Below, one piece after another: positions 1 through 9,428 of a DNA stretch of 64,000 nucleotides. Numbering within the stretch: position 1 is the stretch's first letter; each line of letters begins with the position of its first letter. Source of the DNA: Terriglobia bacterium (GTDB taxonomy: Bacteria > Acidobacteriota > Polarisedimenticolia > Polarisedimenticolales > JAIQFR01); the NCBI GenBank assembly GCA_963748015.1, contig CAVVHE010000006.1, positions 119,032-183,031 of the forward strand, read 5' to 3'. A model generated the notes under the pieces. It saw only the letters and a list, made by a program, of their open reading frames with translations. It ran no database searches and had not been told where the DNA came from. Position numbers and translations under genes: made by a program.

Positions 1-17
1 CCGGCGCGTCGTCTCGC

Positions 18-1424
18 TCACCATGGCCACTCCAGGCGCATCCCTTGGCCCCGGAAGAGGACCCCGACGGCCGTGAGCACGAGGAAAGCCACGGTCACGA
101 ACGAGAAGAGCGACTGCACGGTCTCGAGACGCGAGAGCGACAGCGACCGCTTCAAAAGGAGCACGAGTACCCCGGCCACGAATCCCCAGAGGACGAGCGG
201 AACGAGACCGCCGGCGATCGCCGCCGGCAGGGCAGGAAAGAGGCGCGACCACTGCAGGACGTGCTCATCGAGGAGCACCGCGACCGGGACGATCAGGAGC
301 GCCGCCGCCGCGGCCAGGAGGGCCGCGCGCCTCCCGCGCTCCGAGTGGAACCACGAGCCGGTCGGCGCCTCGCCGTAACGCAGGAACGGAAGGCCGGCGA
401 GGAACGCGCAGACGAGCAGGGGGACCACCACCACGGCGAACGACGGGTGCAGGTGGACCAGCAGCTCCTGGATGCCCATGAAGTACCAGGGCGCTTTCGC
501 AGGGTTCGGGCTCATCCCGGCATTCGCCTGCTCCTCGAGCGGCGCCGGGACGACGGCCGCGATCGCCAGGAGGACGGCGAGCAGCACCAGCGAGGCGACC
601 CCTTCGCGGACGAGGAGGTTCGGCCGAACGGGGACCAGGGTGGGGCGCGGGGCGCCGCCCCGGCCCGATCCGCCCGGGAGCATGACGCCTCCCGCCTTTC
701 GCACGAGCCAGAAGTGGAACCCCGTCAGCAGGAAGAGCAGGATCGGGAGCAGCGCGATGTGGAGGACGAAGAACAGCGAGAGGGTCTTCGGCCCCACCTC
801 GTCCCCTCCACGCGCCATGCGCTGGAGCGCATCGCCGACGAGCGGCACGTACTGGAGCATCCCGGTGCCGATCGTCACGGCCCAGTAGGCCAGCTGGTCC
901 CACGGGAGCAGGTAGCCGGTGAAGTCCGCGGCCATCACGACGAGGAGCATCCCGAGCCCCAGGCCCCAGTTGAAGCGGCGCGGAGGGAGGAACGCCCCCG
1001 TGAAGAACACTCGGAGGAGGTGGAGGAAGGCGACCACGAGCAGGAGGTTCCCCGCCCAGTGGTGGATGCCGCGGACGAACGCGCCGAACGGCACCTCCTC
1101 CTGGATCGACGCGACCGAGGCGTAGGCGCGCTCGGTCGACGGCTCGTAGGAGAAGAGGAGCAGCGCTCCCGTCGCGATCAACACCAGGAAGAGGACCAGG
1201 GCCATCCCGCCGAGGCCGAAGGTGCGCTCGAGCGCGAGCGATTCCTCCGGCACCATCTTCGGATGGAGGTGAAGCAGGAGGTTCGAGAAGCCCGACGGTT
1301 TCTTCGCGGCGGGAACCGCCGGGGCAGCCGGAGCCTTCGCCCCGGCCGCTCGCGGTTCAGATCCGGTCTTGTCCTCGCCCATGCCGGCCCCGAGCCCCCC
1401 GCTCTCGTCCGTCCAGCGGAGCAT
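18..1424 (-). CDS. Cytochrome b/b6-family quinol oxidoreductase subunit (N-terminal b domain plus subunit-IV-like C-terminus)
   Basis: Four heme-b His ligands (GIHHW, FLHLLRVF, FVLHI, GFHFW); FTGYLLPWDQLAYWA motif; KAPWYF in place of PEWY; many TM helices. Confidence 0.9.
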   Translation of the reverse strand: MLRWTDESGGLGAGMGEDKTGSEPRAAGAKAPAAPAVPAAKKPSGFSNLLLHLHPKMVPEESLALERTFGLGGMALVLFLVLIATGALLLFSYEPSTERAYASVASIQEEVPFGAFVRGIHHWAGNLLLVVAFLHLLRVFFTGAFLPPRRFNWGLGLGMLLVVMAADFTGYLLPWDQLAYWAVTIGTGMLQYVPLVGDALQRMARGGDEVGPKTLSLFFVLHIALLPILLFLLTGFHFWLVRKAGGVMLPGGSGRGGAPRPTLVPVRPNLLVREGVASLVLLAVLLAIAAVVPAPLEEQANAGMSPNPAKAPWYFMGIQELLVHLHPSFAVVVVPLLVCAFLAGLPFLRYGEAPTGSWFHSERGRRAALLAAAAALLIVPVAVLLDEHVLQWSRLFPALPAAIAGGLVPLVLWGFVAGVLVLLLKRSLSLSRLETVQSLFSFVTVAFLVLTAVGVLFRGQGMRLEWPW

Positions 1425-1450
1425 AGCACCGGCCGGGTGGGAGTCTCACC

Positions 1451-3010
1451 TCAGTTGGCGTTCTTCGGCGCGGCCTGGAGCGTCTCGAGAACCTGGTCGA
1501 GGCTGAAGCTACCGACCTTCTGGCTCGGCGGGAACTCCCCGAACGTGCCGAGGAACCGCGCGACGTACTGCTGCGCCGGCACGAGGATGAACATGTGATC
1601 GATCCTCCACCGCCAGAAGTCGATGGCGTGGTCGGCCGCCTCGAAGGGGTCCGAGCGGAGGTTGTAGACTTTGGGAACGCGCAACGTCGTGTACTGCTCC
1701 TGCCACCCGTCGGCGCCCTCGCCGCGTTGCTCCTGAAAGACGACCTTGTACTGCTGATAGCGCATCGCGGTCAGGTTGCCGTCGTCGCCGAAGTAGAAGA
1801 ACTCCTTGCGCGGGCTGGGGGCCTTGCCGGCGAGCGCGTCGGTGAGGTCGTAGCCGTCGAGGTGCACCTTGAAGGTCTTGTCGCCGACCTTCATGCCCTT
1901 GAGCAGCCGCTCCTTCACGTCGGGCACGCCGGCGGCCGCCATCAGCGTGGGGAGCATGTCCTCGTGGGCGAAGATGTCGTTGAGCACGGTGCCGGGCTTG
2001 ATCGTGCCGGGCCAGCGAATGGCGCAGGGCACCCGGAAGCCGCCTTCCCACTGCGTGCCCTTCTCGCCGCGGAAGGGAGACTGGCCGCCGTCGGGCCAGG
2101 TCATCTTCTCCGCGCCGTTGTCCGTCGAGTACATGACGATCGTGTTCTGATCGAGGCCCAGCTCCTTGAGCTTGTCCAGCAGCTGGCCGACCATCGCGTC
2201 GTGCTCGACCATGCCGTCGGGATAGGTGCCGAGCCCCGTCTTGCCCTTGCTGCCTTCCTTCAGGTGCGTCCAGATGTGCATGCGGGTGGAGTTCCACCAG
2301 AGGAAGAACGGCTTGTCCGACTTCTTGGCCTTCTCGAGATAGGCCAGCGCGGCGTCGGTGAACTCCTGGTCGATGGTCTCCATTCGCTTCTTGCCCAGGG
2401 GGCCGGTGGACTCGATCCTCTGCGTGCCGTCGGGGTTCGCCCAGGCGTGGATCACGCCGCGCGTCTGGTACTTCTTGATCAGCTCCGGGTCCTTGAAGTA
2501 GTCCGGATTCTCGAACTCCTCCTCGGCGTTGAGGTGGTAGAGCGAGCCGAAGAACTCGTCGAACCCGTGCGCGGTGGGAAGGTGCTCGTCGAGGTCGCCG
2601 AGATGGTTCTTGCCGAACTGCGCCGTCATGTAACCCTGCGCCTTGAGCAGCTGCGCGAGCGTGACATCCCGCGCCTGGAGCCCTTCCTTCGCGCCGGGCA
2701 GGCCGACCTTGAGCAGGCCGGTGCGAAAGCCGCTCTGCCCGGTCAGGAACGCCGCGCGCCCCGCGGTGCAGCTCTGCTGGCCGTACCAGTCGGTGAACAG
2801 CGCGCCTTCCCTCGCGATGCGATCGATGTTGGGCGTTCTATAGCCCATCATCCCCTGGTTATAGGCGCTGACGTTCCAGTAGCCGACGTCGTCGCCCCAG
2901 AGGACGAGGATGTTGGGCTTCTTGGCCGCCTGCTGGGCCCATGCCGGGCCGGCCACGGCCGTTAGCGCGATCGTGACGACGATCGCGGCGATCGCTTGTC
3001 TGCTCCGCAT
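1451..3010 (-). CDS. Secreted arylsulfatase (Cys-type, formylglycine-dependent)
   Basis: Signal peptide, KPNILVLWGDD, SCTAGRAAFLTG (CxxxR), GKNHLG, STDNG. ATG at 3010 with AGGAG upstream; the ORF-track extension to 3445 is not credible. Confidence 0.92.
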   Translation of the reverse strand: MRSRQAIAAIVVTIALTAVAGPAWAQQAAKKPNILVLWGDDVGYWNVSAYNQGMMGYRTPNIDRIAREGALFTDWYGQQSCTAGRAAFLTGQSGFRTGLLKVGLPGAKEGLQARDVTLAQLLKAQGYMTAQFGKNHLGDLDEHLPTAHGFDEFFGSLYHLNAEEEFENPDYFKDPELIKKYQTRGVIHAWANPDGTQRIESTGPLGKKRMETIDQEFTDAALAYLEKAKKSDKPFFLWWNSTRMHIWTHLKEGSKGKTGLGTYPDGMVEHDAMVGQLLDKLKELGLDQNTIVMYSTDNGAEKMTWPDGGQSPFRGEKGTQWEGGFRVPCAIRWPGTIKPGTVLNDIFAHEDMLPTLMAAAGVPDVKERLLKGMKVGDKTFKVHLDGYDLTDALAGKAPSPRKEFFYFGDDGNLTAMRYQQYKVVFQEQRGEGADGWQEQYTTLRVPKVYNLRSDPFEAADHAIDFWRWRIDHMFILVPAQQYVARFLGTFGEFPPSQKVGSFSLDQVLETLQAAPKNAN

Positions 3011-3284
3011 TCGGACACTCCTTATTGGACGCCGTTCTTGCCGGCGTGATGCCGCGACGATCCTGCTCATCTGTTTGATTGATCCAGCCGTGCGGTTATG
3101 GCGCTCCGTTCGCGATTCACCACAATGTTCACCCTTTGCGTCCCATTTGTCAAACGCACCCGTACGAACGGGCCCGCCGGGTGACGATGGCAGGGCCTCG
3201 GCCTGCAGCTCGGCGCCTTCTCTTCGAGCGCCTTCGAGCGTATAAGAGCTCTTGATCCCCGGCATTCGGATTGGAGATGCCGCC

Positions 3285-4398
3285 ATGACGGCGAGAGTGA
3301 CGACATGCCTTGCGCTCGTGCTGGCCGCGACGATCGCGTCCTCGTCGGCCGGGGCTTCATCGCCGGCCTTCGACTGCGCCAAGGCGAGCGGCGAGATCGA
3401 GGCGATGGTCTGCAAGGACGACGGGCTCGCCGCGCTCGACCGCAAGATGGCGGCCGCCTACGAGAAGGCGATGAAGGCCTGGCCCGCGGAGGAGGTCTCC
3501 AGGCAGAAGGCCCTCCAGCGGGGCTGGATCAAGGGGCGGAACGATTGCTGGAAAGCGGACGACAAGAGGTCCTGCGCGGAGCTGTCCTACCGCACCCGCA
3601 TCGTCGAGCTGCAGATCCAGTCCGGGGAGCTCACCGCCCCCGAGCCGGTCGGCTACGCCTGCACCGGATGGGAGAGCAAGCCCTTCTTCGCCACGTTCTA
3701 CAATCGAAACCGATCCGCCGAGCGCCGTCATCACGTTCGGCGACGACCAGGTCATCGCGTTCCAGGCCCGGTCGGCCAGCGGCGCGAGGTACACCGCGGA
3801 GAACATGGAGTTCTGGGAGCACCACGGCGAGGCGGCCGTGGACTGGTATGGAATCGAGCTCCGGTGCAAGGCGCGGCCGCCGGCCGGTGCGCCGACTCGC
3901 GCGTTCGAGCGGACCCTCCGGCTCGGGGGGATCACGTTCGACGTATCGTGTCCGAACGACCGCTCGATTCCCACGCTCAGGATCGTGCCGGCGGGGCTCG
4001 AGGTGGACAACTCCGCCGTGATCCGCGAGGTGGAGGGCATCGTCGTGGGCGCCGAGGCCGCCGACCTCGACGCGGACGGCTCGCCCGAGATCTACGTGTA
4101 CGTGCAGTCGGTGGGGAGCGGCTCCTACGGCTCGCTCGCGGCCTACTCGGCGAACAACCGGAAGTCCCTGAGCCAGATTTATCTTCCACCCGTTGCCGCC
4201 GACGACAAGGCAGTCAAAGGCTATCAGGGGCACGACGCGTTCGCCGTGGAGGGGAACACCCTGGTTCGGCGGTTCCCGGTCTACCGGCAAGGCGACACCA
4301 ACGCGGCGCCCACGGGCGGGACGCGGCAGCTCCGGTACAGGCTCGTCGCCGGAGAAGCGGGCTGGCTCCTGAAGCTCGACCGGGTCGTCGGCGACTAG
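3285..4398 (+). CDS. Secreted lysozyme-inhibitor-like fusion: LprI/DUF1311 + MliC + PliI-like domains; one frameshift near 3705
   Basis: GGAG then ATG 3285; PAFDCAKA...QRGWIKGRNDC (LprI-like); after removing one base near 3705, ARSASGARY...FWEHHGEA (MliC-like) runs in frame into DLDADGSPEIYVYVQSVGSGSYG...GYQGHD (PliI-like). Confidence 0.72.
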
Positions 4399-4402
4399 CC
4401 GC

Positions 4403-5161
4403 TCAGTAATACCAGCGAGCTACGAGGGCGAAGACGTAGAGGCCGGAGGACTCGGGAAGCCGGTCCACCTGCCGCGCCACGGACGGCTCGAGCCGGAAGT
4501 GCCTGGTGAGGGCGATTTCCGCGCCGAGCTGGTAGAGCTCCCTGGCCCAGCCGTCGTAGCGCGTGTCGTAGAAGTACTCCGCCTGCAGGAAGACGTTCGA
4601 CACCACGCCGAGCACCGTGAAGTCCCGGTTCAGCTCGCCGCGCAGGCGGTACCTCGTCGAGTAGTCCCCGTCGATCCAGCGAAGGTCCGCGCGGGTGCGC
4701 AGCTCGAAGAGGAACCGCGCGGGAAGGTAGGCTCTTCCGTGCACGGCGAGGATCCCCCGGTCCTCCGGGGTCGACATGACCTCGCCTTCCTGCTTGAAGA
4801 CGTGGTCGTAGCCGATCCGGACCCAGAGGTACCGCTTCTTTCGCCAATCCTCTTGCGTCCGCCAGTCGTCCTGGCGTAGAACGTCCCGGGCGAACGGCCG
4901 GAACGTCATGTCGAAGTACCCGGCGACGTCCAGGGTCAGGAACTCCGATTCCTTCCCGGTCGCGTAGGCCGCCACGAAGTACGCCCGTCTCGTGGGGCCG
5001 AGCCCCTTGTAGAGGTTGAGCTCGGGCCAGAACTCCCAGGGGTCGCCGGCCCGCGCGGGGACGCTCAGGAGCAACGCGGCGAAAGCCGAAGATACCAGGA
5101 TCCGGGCGGCCTTCGCCGCCGCACTCTTCGTGCGCCGGACGCCGTTCGGGGACGGGCTCAC
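4403..5161 (-). CDS. Outer-membrane beta-barrel, DUF2490-like
   Basis: Signal peptide, alternating beta-strand pattern, RYRLRGEL motif, C-terminal aromatic residues (RWYY). Confidence 0.7.
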   Translation of the reverse strand: MSPSPNGVRRTKSAAAKAARILVSSAFAALLLSVPARAGDPWEFWPELNLYKGLGPTRRAYFVAAYATGKESEFLTLDVAGYFDMTFRPFARDVLRQDDWRTQEDWRKKRYLWVRIGYDHVFKQEGEVMSTPEDRGILAVHGRAYLPARFLFELRTRADLRWIDGDYSTRYRLRGELNRDFTVLGVVSNVFLQAEYFYDTRYDGWARELYQLGAEIALTRHFRLEPSVARQVDRLPESSGLYVFALVARWYY

Positions 5162-5226
5162 TTGAGCCAGCCGCGCCGGGAGAAGTACCGAAGCTGGCCT
5201 ACCACCACGATCACCATGAACGACAT
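5158..5226 (-). pseudogene. 22-codon fragment resembling the last TM helix of a CorA Mg2+ transporter
   Basis: Translates MSFMVIVVVGQLRYFSRRGWLK*, like the YFxRRGWL ending of CorA; its TGA overlaps the GTG start of the next gene (GTGA). Confidence 0.5.
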
Positions 5227-5301
5227 GGCAGTGCGTACACCATCACCCTCTCGCGGCCCTCGCGAGACGGTGTCGCCGAACCACCTGCGTGAAGCTCAGC
5301 G

Positions 5302-5871
5302 CTACTTCTTGCCGAAGCGGAAGTAGGCGCCGAGCGCATACTCCTGGAGCGAGCCGTCGACGTCCCACCCTTCCCATTCCGCGCGGAGGCCGAATCGCTT
5401 CCCGAGCTTCAGGTCGGCGCCGAGGCCATAGAGCAGCCTCCAGTCGGTGGTGCTGAGACTCGCCGAGGCGCCCGTGCCGGTCAGGGTCGAATCGACGGAC
5501 ACGTTGGAATAACCCAGCCTCGCGAACAGCTCGAACCTCTCGCCGACCGGGAGAATGCCCCTGAAGGCCACGTCGGTGACCTTGACGTCGGCGGTGAACG
5601 TCTCGTTGTCTTTCGTCTGTTGGAGTTTGCCGAGGTCGTAATACGTGAGCTCTGCTCCGAAGTACTTGTTGAAGTTCCATCCACCGAAGATCTTCCAGCC
5701 GTCGGCGTTGGGGTCGAAGGACTCGCCGGAGGAGCTGAACGTCCCGCTCGAGCTCAGGTAGCTCGCGCCGAGGTAGGCTTCCTGGGCGTGCGCCGGCAGG
5801 CACACCCCGCACAGGGCGATCGTTGCAGCCGCCATCAGAACTCCGAGCCGAACGAAGAGTCGCTCTCGCAT
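5302..5871 (-). CDS. OmpA-like 8-stranded outer-membrane beta-barrel protein
   Basis: Signal peptide; GWKIFGGWNFNKYFGAELTYYDLG; LFARLG; GLRAEWE. Confidence 0.82.
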   Translation of the reverse strand: MRERLFVRLGVLMAAATIALCGVCLPAHAQEAYLGASYLSSSGTFSSSGESFDPNADGWKIFGGWNFNKYFGAELTYYDLGKLQQTKDNETFTADVKVTDVAFRGILPVGERFELFARLGYSNVSVDSTLTGTGASASLSTTDWRLLYGLGADLKLGKRFGLRAEWEGWDVDGSLQEYALGAYFRFGKK

Positions 5872-5972
5872 CGAAAACCTCCTGGGGTCGGACCCGAAGG
5901 GCACCCCCCCTCTGACCCGCGAGGAACCCCCCGGCATGCCACCGCGACACGCCGGAGGGCAGTATCATACCG

Positions 5973-6209
5973 CTACCCGATCCGCTGCGAGGCCGCCAGC
6001 AGCTCGGTCACCCCGGGCAGCTTCGAGGTGGTCGTCTTCTTCCACTGTGCCTCGAGCAGCTCCTTGGCGGCCTGCTCGAGGAACTCCGGCGCGGCCCACT
6101 TCCTCACGTCGAAATCGTTCTTGATCCTGTTCAGGCTCTTCGAGAGGCCGTTCTTCTTGCCTTTCAGGTCTTTCATCAGGTAGATGTCGTCCCTGGAGCG
6201 CACCATCAT
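5973..6209 (-). CDS. Small hypothetical protein (78 aa), possibly a C-terminal gene fragment
   Basis: Open frame with GC3-biased codons filling the gap between two same-strand genes; no confident domain. Confidence 0.4.
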   Translation of the reverse strand: MMVRSRDDIYLMKDLKGKKNGLSKSLNRIKNDFDVRKWAAPEFLEQAAKELLEAQWKKTTTSKLPGVTELLAASQRIG

Positions 6210-6321
6210 GCAGCCGCCTTCGTGCGGCGCGTGCGTCAAGCCCAGGAGCCGGGTCCTGCGGACGTCCGCGTGAACGTGGATGGGCGGGAACAAGCCGCCG
6301 AAACGGATGAGATTGTCCAGG

Positions 6322-7032
6322 TTAGGGCCCCATCTTCTTGTAGCCGGAGTTCTCGATCGCGATCGCGAGTTTCTGCGAGGCCACGTCCAGTTGTATCTTC
6401 TCCGGATAGACCGTGCCGTCCGGGAAGGCCCCGAACGCGACCTTCAGGCCGACCGCGTCCTTCTCCTTGTCGGTGAGCGTCGTGATCGTCACTCCCAGGA
6501 TGCGGTCGGAAGCGGCGTTCACGTCGAACGTGAGCGAGTCCCCCGGCTTGAGGTAGTCCTTGATGACCAACCGGACCTCACCCTTCGAGTTCGGCGGCGT
6601 CAGCGAGAGCCTGCTCTCCTCCTTCGCAGCCTGGATGCGGGCAGGGTCGGGCGGAACGTACTGCTTCACGAGGGCGACCGCCTCCTTCACGGCGTCGGAT
6701 AGCTCCTCCTTCTTGTTTTTTTGAACCTTCCCCCGGAGCCCCCCCTTCTTCTTCTCCTCGGTAGCGGTGAGGGGGATCTTCTGGAGCTTTCCGGCGACGT
6801 CGTAGTAGCAATTCTTCTGCGCCCGCGACTTTTCCTCGCCCTTCAGGGAAATCACCGTCGTCTCGATCCACTCGTACTTCCGCAGCGCCACCATGCTCTT
6901 CTGGAGCGATTCCTTCACGGCAGTCACGTGGTCCGTCTTCCCGGCGGCTGCGTCCGGGGCCTGCTGCGCTGCAGCAGGCAAGTAGAGACAAGCGGACAGC
7001 AATGCGATGACACCGGTCCTACGCGCGAACAT
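6322..7032 (-). CDS. Secreted hypothetical protein (236 aa)
   Basis: AGGAG then ATG 7032; signal peptide MFARRTGVIALLSACLYLPAAAQQ; typical codon usage. Confidence 0.75.
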   Translation of the reverse strand: MFARRTGVIALLSACLYLPAAAQQAPDAAAGKTDHVTAVKESLQKSMVALRKYEWIETTVISLKGEEKSRAQKNCYYDVAGKLQKIPLTATEEKKKGGLRGKVQKNKKEELSDAVKEAVALVKQYVPPDPARIQAAKEESRLSLTPPNSKGEVRLVIKDYLKPGDSLTFDVNAASDRILGVTITTLTDKEKDAVGLKVAFGAFPDGTVYPEKIQLDVASQKLAIAIENSGYKKMGP

Positions 7033-7079
7033 CGGGATCTCCTTTCGTCGAGCGATCTTGTTCTCGTCGAATCCGAGTC

Positions 7080-7661
7080 TCAGTACTTGGCTATGTATCC
7101 CTTTCCCTCGAGGCAGGCGGTGAACGCCTTCTTGAAATTGGTCATGTCCTGCGAGGTTGCCGCCTGCTGGGCCTGCGCCTGTTGATCGATCTGCTTGGTG
7201 GCTTCCGCTTCCGCTTTCTTGCCCTTTCGCCGGCCGGCCACCGCGCCCGCGGCGGCGCCGACGCCCGCGCCCTTGCCCGCGTCGTCGTTCGCGATCTCCC
7301 CGACGACGGCTCCCGCCGCGGCGCCCTTCACCGCTCCCTTGGCCCCTGCTCCCTTGCTTGATCCCTCCACCTGGGCCTTGGCGGCTTCGGCCTGCTGCGC
7401 CTGCTGCTGCGCCTGCTTCTGGAGCTCGAACGGGTCCTTGCCGGTGTTCTGGACGGCCCACTGGTAACACGCCGATTCGTCCTGGGACTGCTGGGTGGCG
7501 GACTGGCCCTTCTGCGGGAACGCGGAGACGTTGAGGGTTGCCGCCAGGGTCTTCTGCCCGCTCGGCGGGGCCGGTGCGGACGCGGGCGGGGGCGCCTGGG
7601 CCAGCGCGACGGAAGAGCCGACGACGAGAACGAGACAGGCGATGCAGAGAACGCGCTTCAT
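7080..7661 (-). CDS. Secreted glycine-zipper (YMGG-like) protein
   Basis: Signal peptide; QQSQDESACYQWA; GAVKGAAAGAVVGEIA...GAGVGAAAGAVAG; FTACLEGKGY; ATGA overlap with the upstream ORF. Confidence 0.82.
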   Translation of the reverse strand: MKRVLCIACLVLVVGSSVALAQAPPPASAPAPPSGQKTLAATLNVSAFPQKGQSATQQSQDESACYQWAVQNTGKDPFELQKQAQQQAQQAEAAKAQVEGSSKGAGAKGAVKGAAAGAVVGEIANDDAGKGAGVGAAAGAVAGRRKGKKAEAEATKQIDQQAQAQQAATSQDMTNFKKAFTACLEGKGYIAKY

Positions 7662-8233
7662 GATCCGGCCTCCTTGTCGGGCTTCAGTTCTTTGCGAAAT
7701 GCCGCCGCCGCGTGCCGGTTGGTCGGGAAGAACCGGCGCGGGTCGATCAGCTCCATCAACTCGTACCTCTCCAGCCACGAGCGGAAGGACCGCTCGGCGC
7801 GGCTGACGGCGAACGTGACGCCCCGCTTGTCCAGCATCGTGATCACCTGCCGCAGGGCCCCGGCGCCGGTGGTGTCGACGTCCACCATCGCCTGGGCGTC
7901 CAGCACGAACCACCGGATCGGCTCGGGCGACGTGGTGACCAACCGCTCGACCTCCTCGAGGAACAGGGTCGCGTTGGCGAAGTAGAGCGGCGCGCCGAAC
8001 CGGTACAGGAGCAAGCCCGGAGACCCCGACGCCTGTCCGGCCCCCGCGGGGACGAAGTGGGAGCCGTCCGGCGCCTCCTGGAGGGCCGCGGTCTCCGGAC
8101 GGGACGTCCGCCGGATCACGTCGATGACCGACATGAGGAAGGCGATGACGACCGCGCGCAGCGGGCCCAGGGCCAGCACGCTCAGCAGGCAGGTCGCGGC
8201 GATCCAGAACTCAGAGCGGCGCATGTGCCACAC
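7658..8233 (-). pseudogene. C-terminal fragment of a SulP/SLC26 anion transporter (last TM hairpin + STAS domain)
   Basis: RRSEFWIA...SRP, LLYRFGAPLYFANA and VLDAQAMVDVDTTG are SulP tail and STAS motifs; the main multi-TM core is missing and the upstream gene ends only 67 nt away. Confidence 0.7.
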
Positions 8234-8300
8234 CTGCTTGCTCGATCAGTCACGCTCAGGTGTCCGCCTGGGTGTCCATAACGCTCGGAAAATACGGAGG

Positions 8301-8894
8301 CTATTTCTTCGGAGCCTTCTCGACCTTGATCGCGAGAGCCTCGGTGTAGGTGATCTCGACCGTGTCCCCGACGTTCACGCCCTGAAGCTTCTCGGGGTGC
8401 CTCACCTTGATCGTGCGCGTGTTGCCGGCCGGCCCCCTGAAGGTGACGGAGGGGACCTTGGGGTCGATCGCCGCGATCGTGACGGTCAGGGTGGTCTGCT
8501 GCGCGACGGCGGCCGCCGGCTTCTTGCCGAGCGGGGCAGCCTCCGTCGTGACGTTCGTTCCCATGCCGGCCGCATTGCCGCCCTTCTTCACCTCGTAGGC
8601 GAGGGCTTCCGTGTAGGTCGCGGTGACCAGGTCGCCCTTCTTCACCTGGGCGAGGTTCTTCACCGCGTCGCCGGCGACGAAGCTGTACTCCTGGCCGTCC
8701 GCGGTCTTGAGCGTGACCTCGCGCGTCTTCTGGTCGATCTTCGTCACGGTCGCGGTGACCACCTCGGACGCCACCACGGCCTCGCCCTTGGCCGGGGCGG
8801 CGGGTTTCGCGGGCTCCTGGGCCAGGGTTGCGGACGCAAGGCACACGGCTCCCGCCACGCAGGCGGCCACCATCCAGGATCGGGGACTCTTCAT
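8301..8894 (-). CDS. Secreted hypothetical protein with two OB-fold-like repeats
   Basis: Signal peptide; internal duplication ATVTKIDQKTREVTLK...VKKGDLVTATYTEALA / VTIAAIDPKVPSVTFR...VNVGDTVEITYTEALA. Confidence 0.8.
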   Translation of the reverse strand: MKSPRSWMVAACVAGAVCLASATLAQEPAKPAAPAKGEAVVASEVVTATVTKIDQKTREVTLKTADGQEYSFVAGDAVKNLAQVKKGDLVTATYTEALAYEVKKGGNAAGMGTNVTTEAAPLGKKPAAAVAQQTTLTVTIAAIDPKVPSVTFRGPAGNTRTIKVRHPEKLQGVNVGDTVEITYTEALAIKVEKAPKK

Positions 8895-9295
8895 GGCTTG
8901 CTCTCCTTTGTCATTTCACTTCGGCTATTGCGGACGAGTTCAACTGCGGGCAAGAGGTCGGTCGCGATCGCACGCTTGAGCACGAAGGCGTCGGCGCCGG
9001 CCTCCATCGCCGCCCGGCGTACGGCCTGCTCGTCGTGGACGCTGAGGACGATCACCTTGAGGTCGGGACAGCGCTGCCGGAGCGCTCGCAACCAGCCCAG
9101 GCCGCTGTCCCGGGCCAGGGAGAGATCCACGACCGCCACGTCGGGCCGGAGCCGGCCCGCCCCCTCGAGCAGCGACGCCTCGTCGGCGACCATGACCACC
9201 GTTCCGAACGCCGTCTCGAGCAGCCCGCGCACGCCCTCCGTGAGGCCGTGGTGCCGGTCCGCCAGTAGAACGCAGCTCGGGAGCTTCTCGGGCAT
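8891..9295 (-). CDS. Stand-alone response regulator receiver domain (NarL-like receiver, no output domain)
   Basis: VLLADRH, VAVVDLSL (phospho-Asp), VIVLSVH, GADAFVLK; 134 aa; ATGA overlap with the downstream gene. Confidence 0.85.
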   Translation of the reverse strand: MPEKLPSCVLLADRHHGLTEGVRGLLETAFGTVVMVADEASLLEGAGRLRPDVAVVDLSLARDSGLGWLRALRQRCPDLKVIVLSVHDEQAVRRAAMEAGADAFVLKRAIATDLLPAVELVRNSRSEMTKESKP

Positions 9296-9388
9296 CGATA
9301 CCCTTCCTTCTCTGCGACCGTGCCCGTCGCGTTGCATGTTGCCGCCCGGCTTCGGGTGGAGCTTAGCCGTGCCGAGGGGGGCATGTAA

Positions 9389-9428
9389 CCTCGGGAAACT
9401 ACGGGCTTGTTGCCGTGGAATTACGAGG
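9389..9428 (-). promoter_or_regulatory. Tandem putative activator sites upstream of the receiver-domain operon
   Basis: CCTCGGG-AAAC-TACGGGC (9389-9406) and TGCCGTG-GAAT-TACGAGG (9411-9428), centres 22 bp apart; minus-strand -10 TAAGCT at 9365-9360. Confidence 0.6.

Noticed and set aside
3011..3445. ORF-track N-terminal extension of the sulfatase; likewise extensions of DUF3300 (to 61142), DUF2252 (from 29412), MFP (from 31702) and BshA (from 22760)
   Set aside because: The extensions overlap other genes or promoters, and better starts with an RBS and signal peptide or conserved N-terminus lie downstream
8282..8299. CTCGGAAAATACGGAG as another regulon site
   Set aside because: Half-site spacing is off by one and there is no -10 at the expected distance; at best a decayed site
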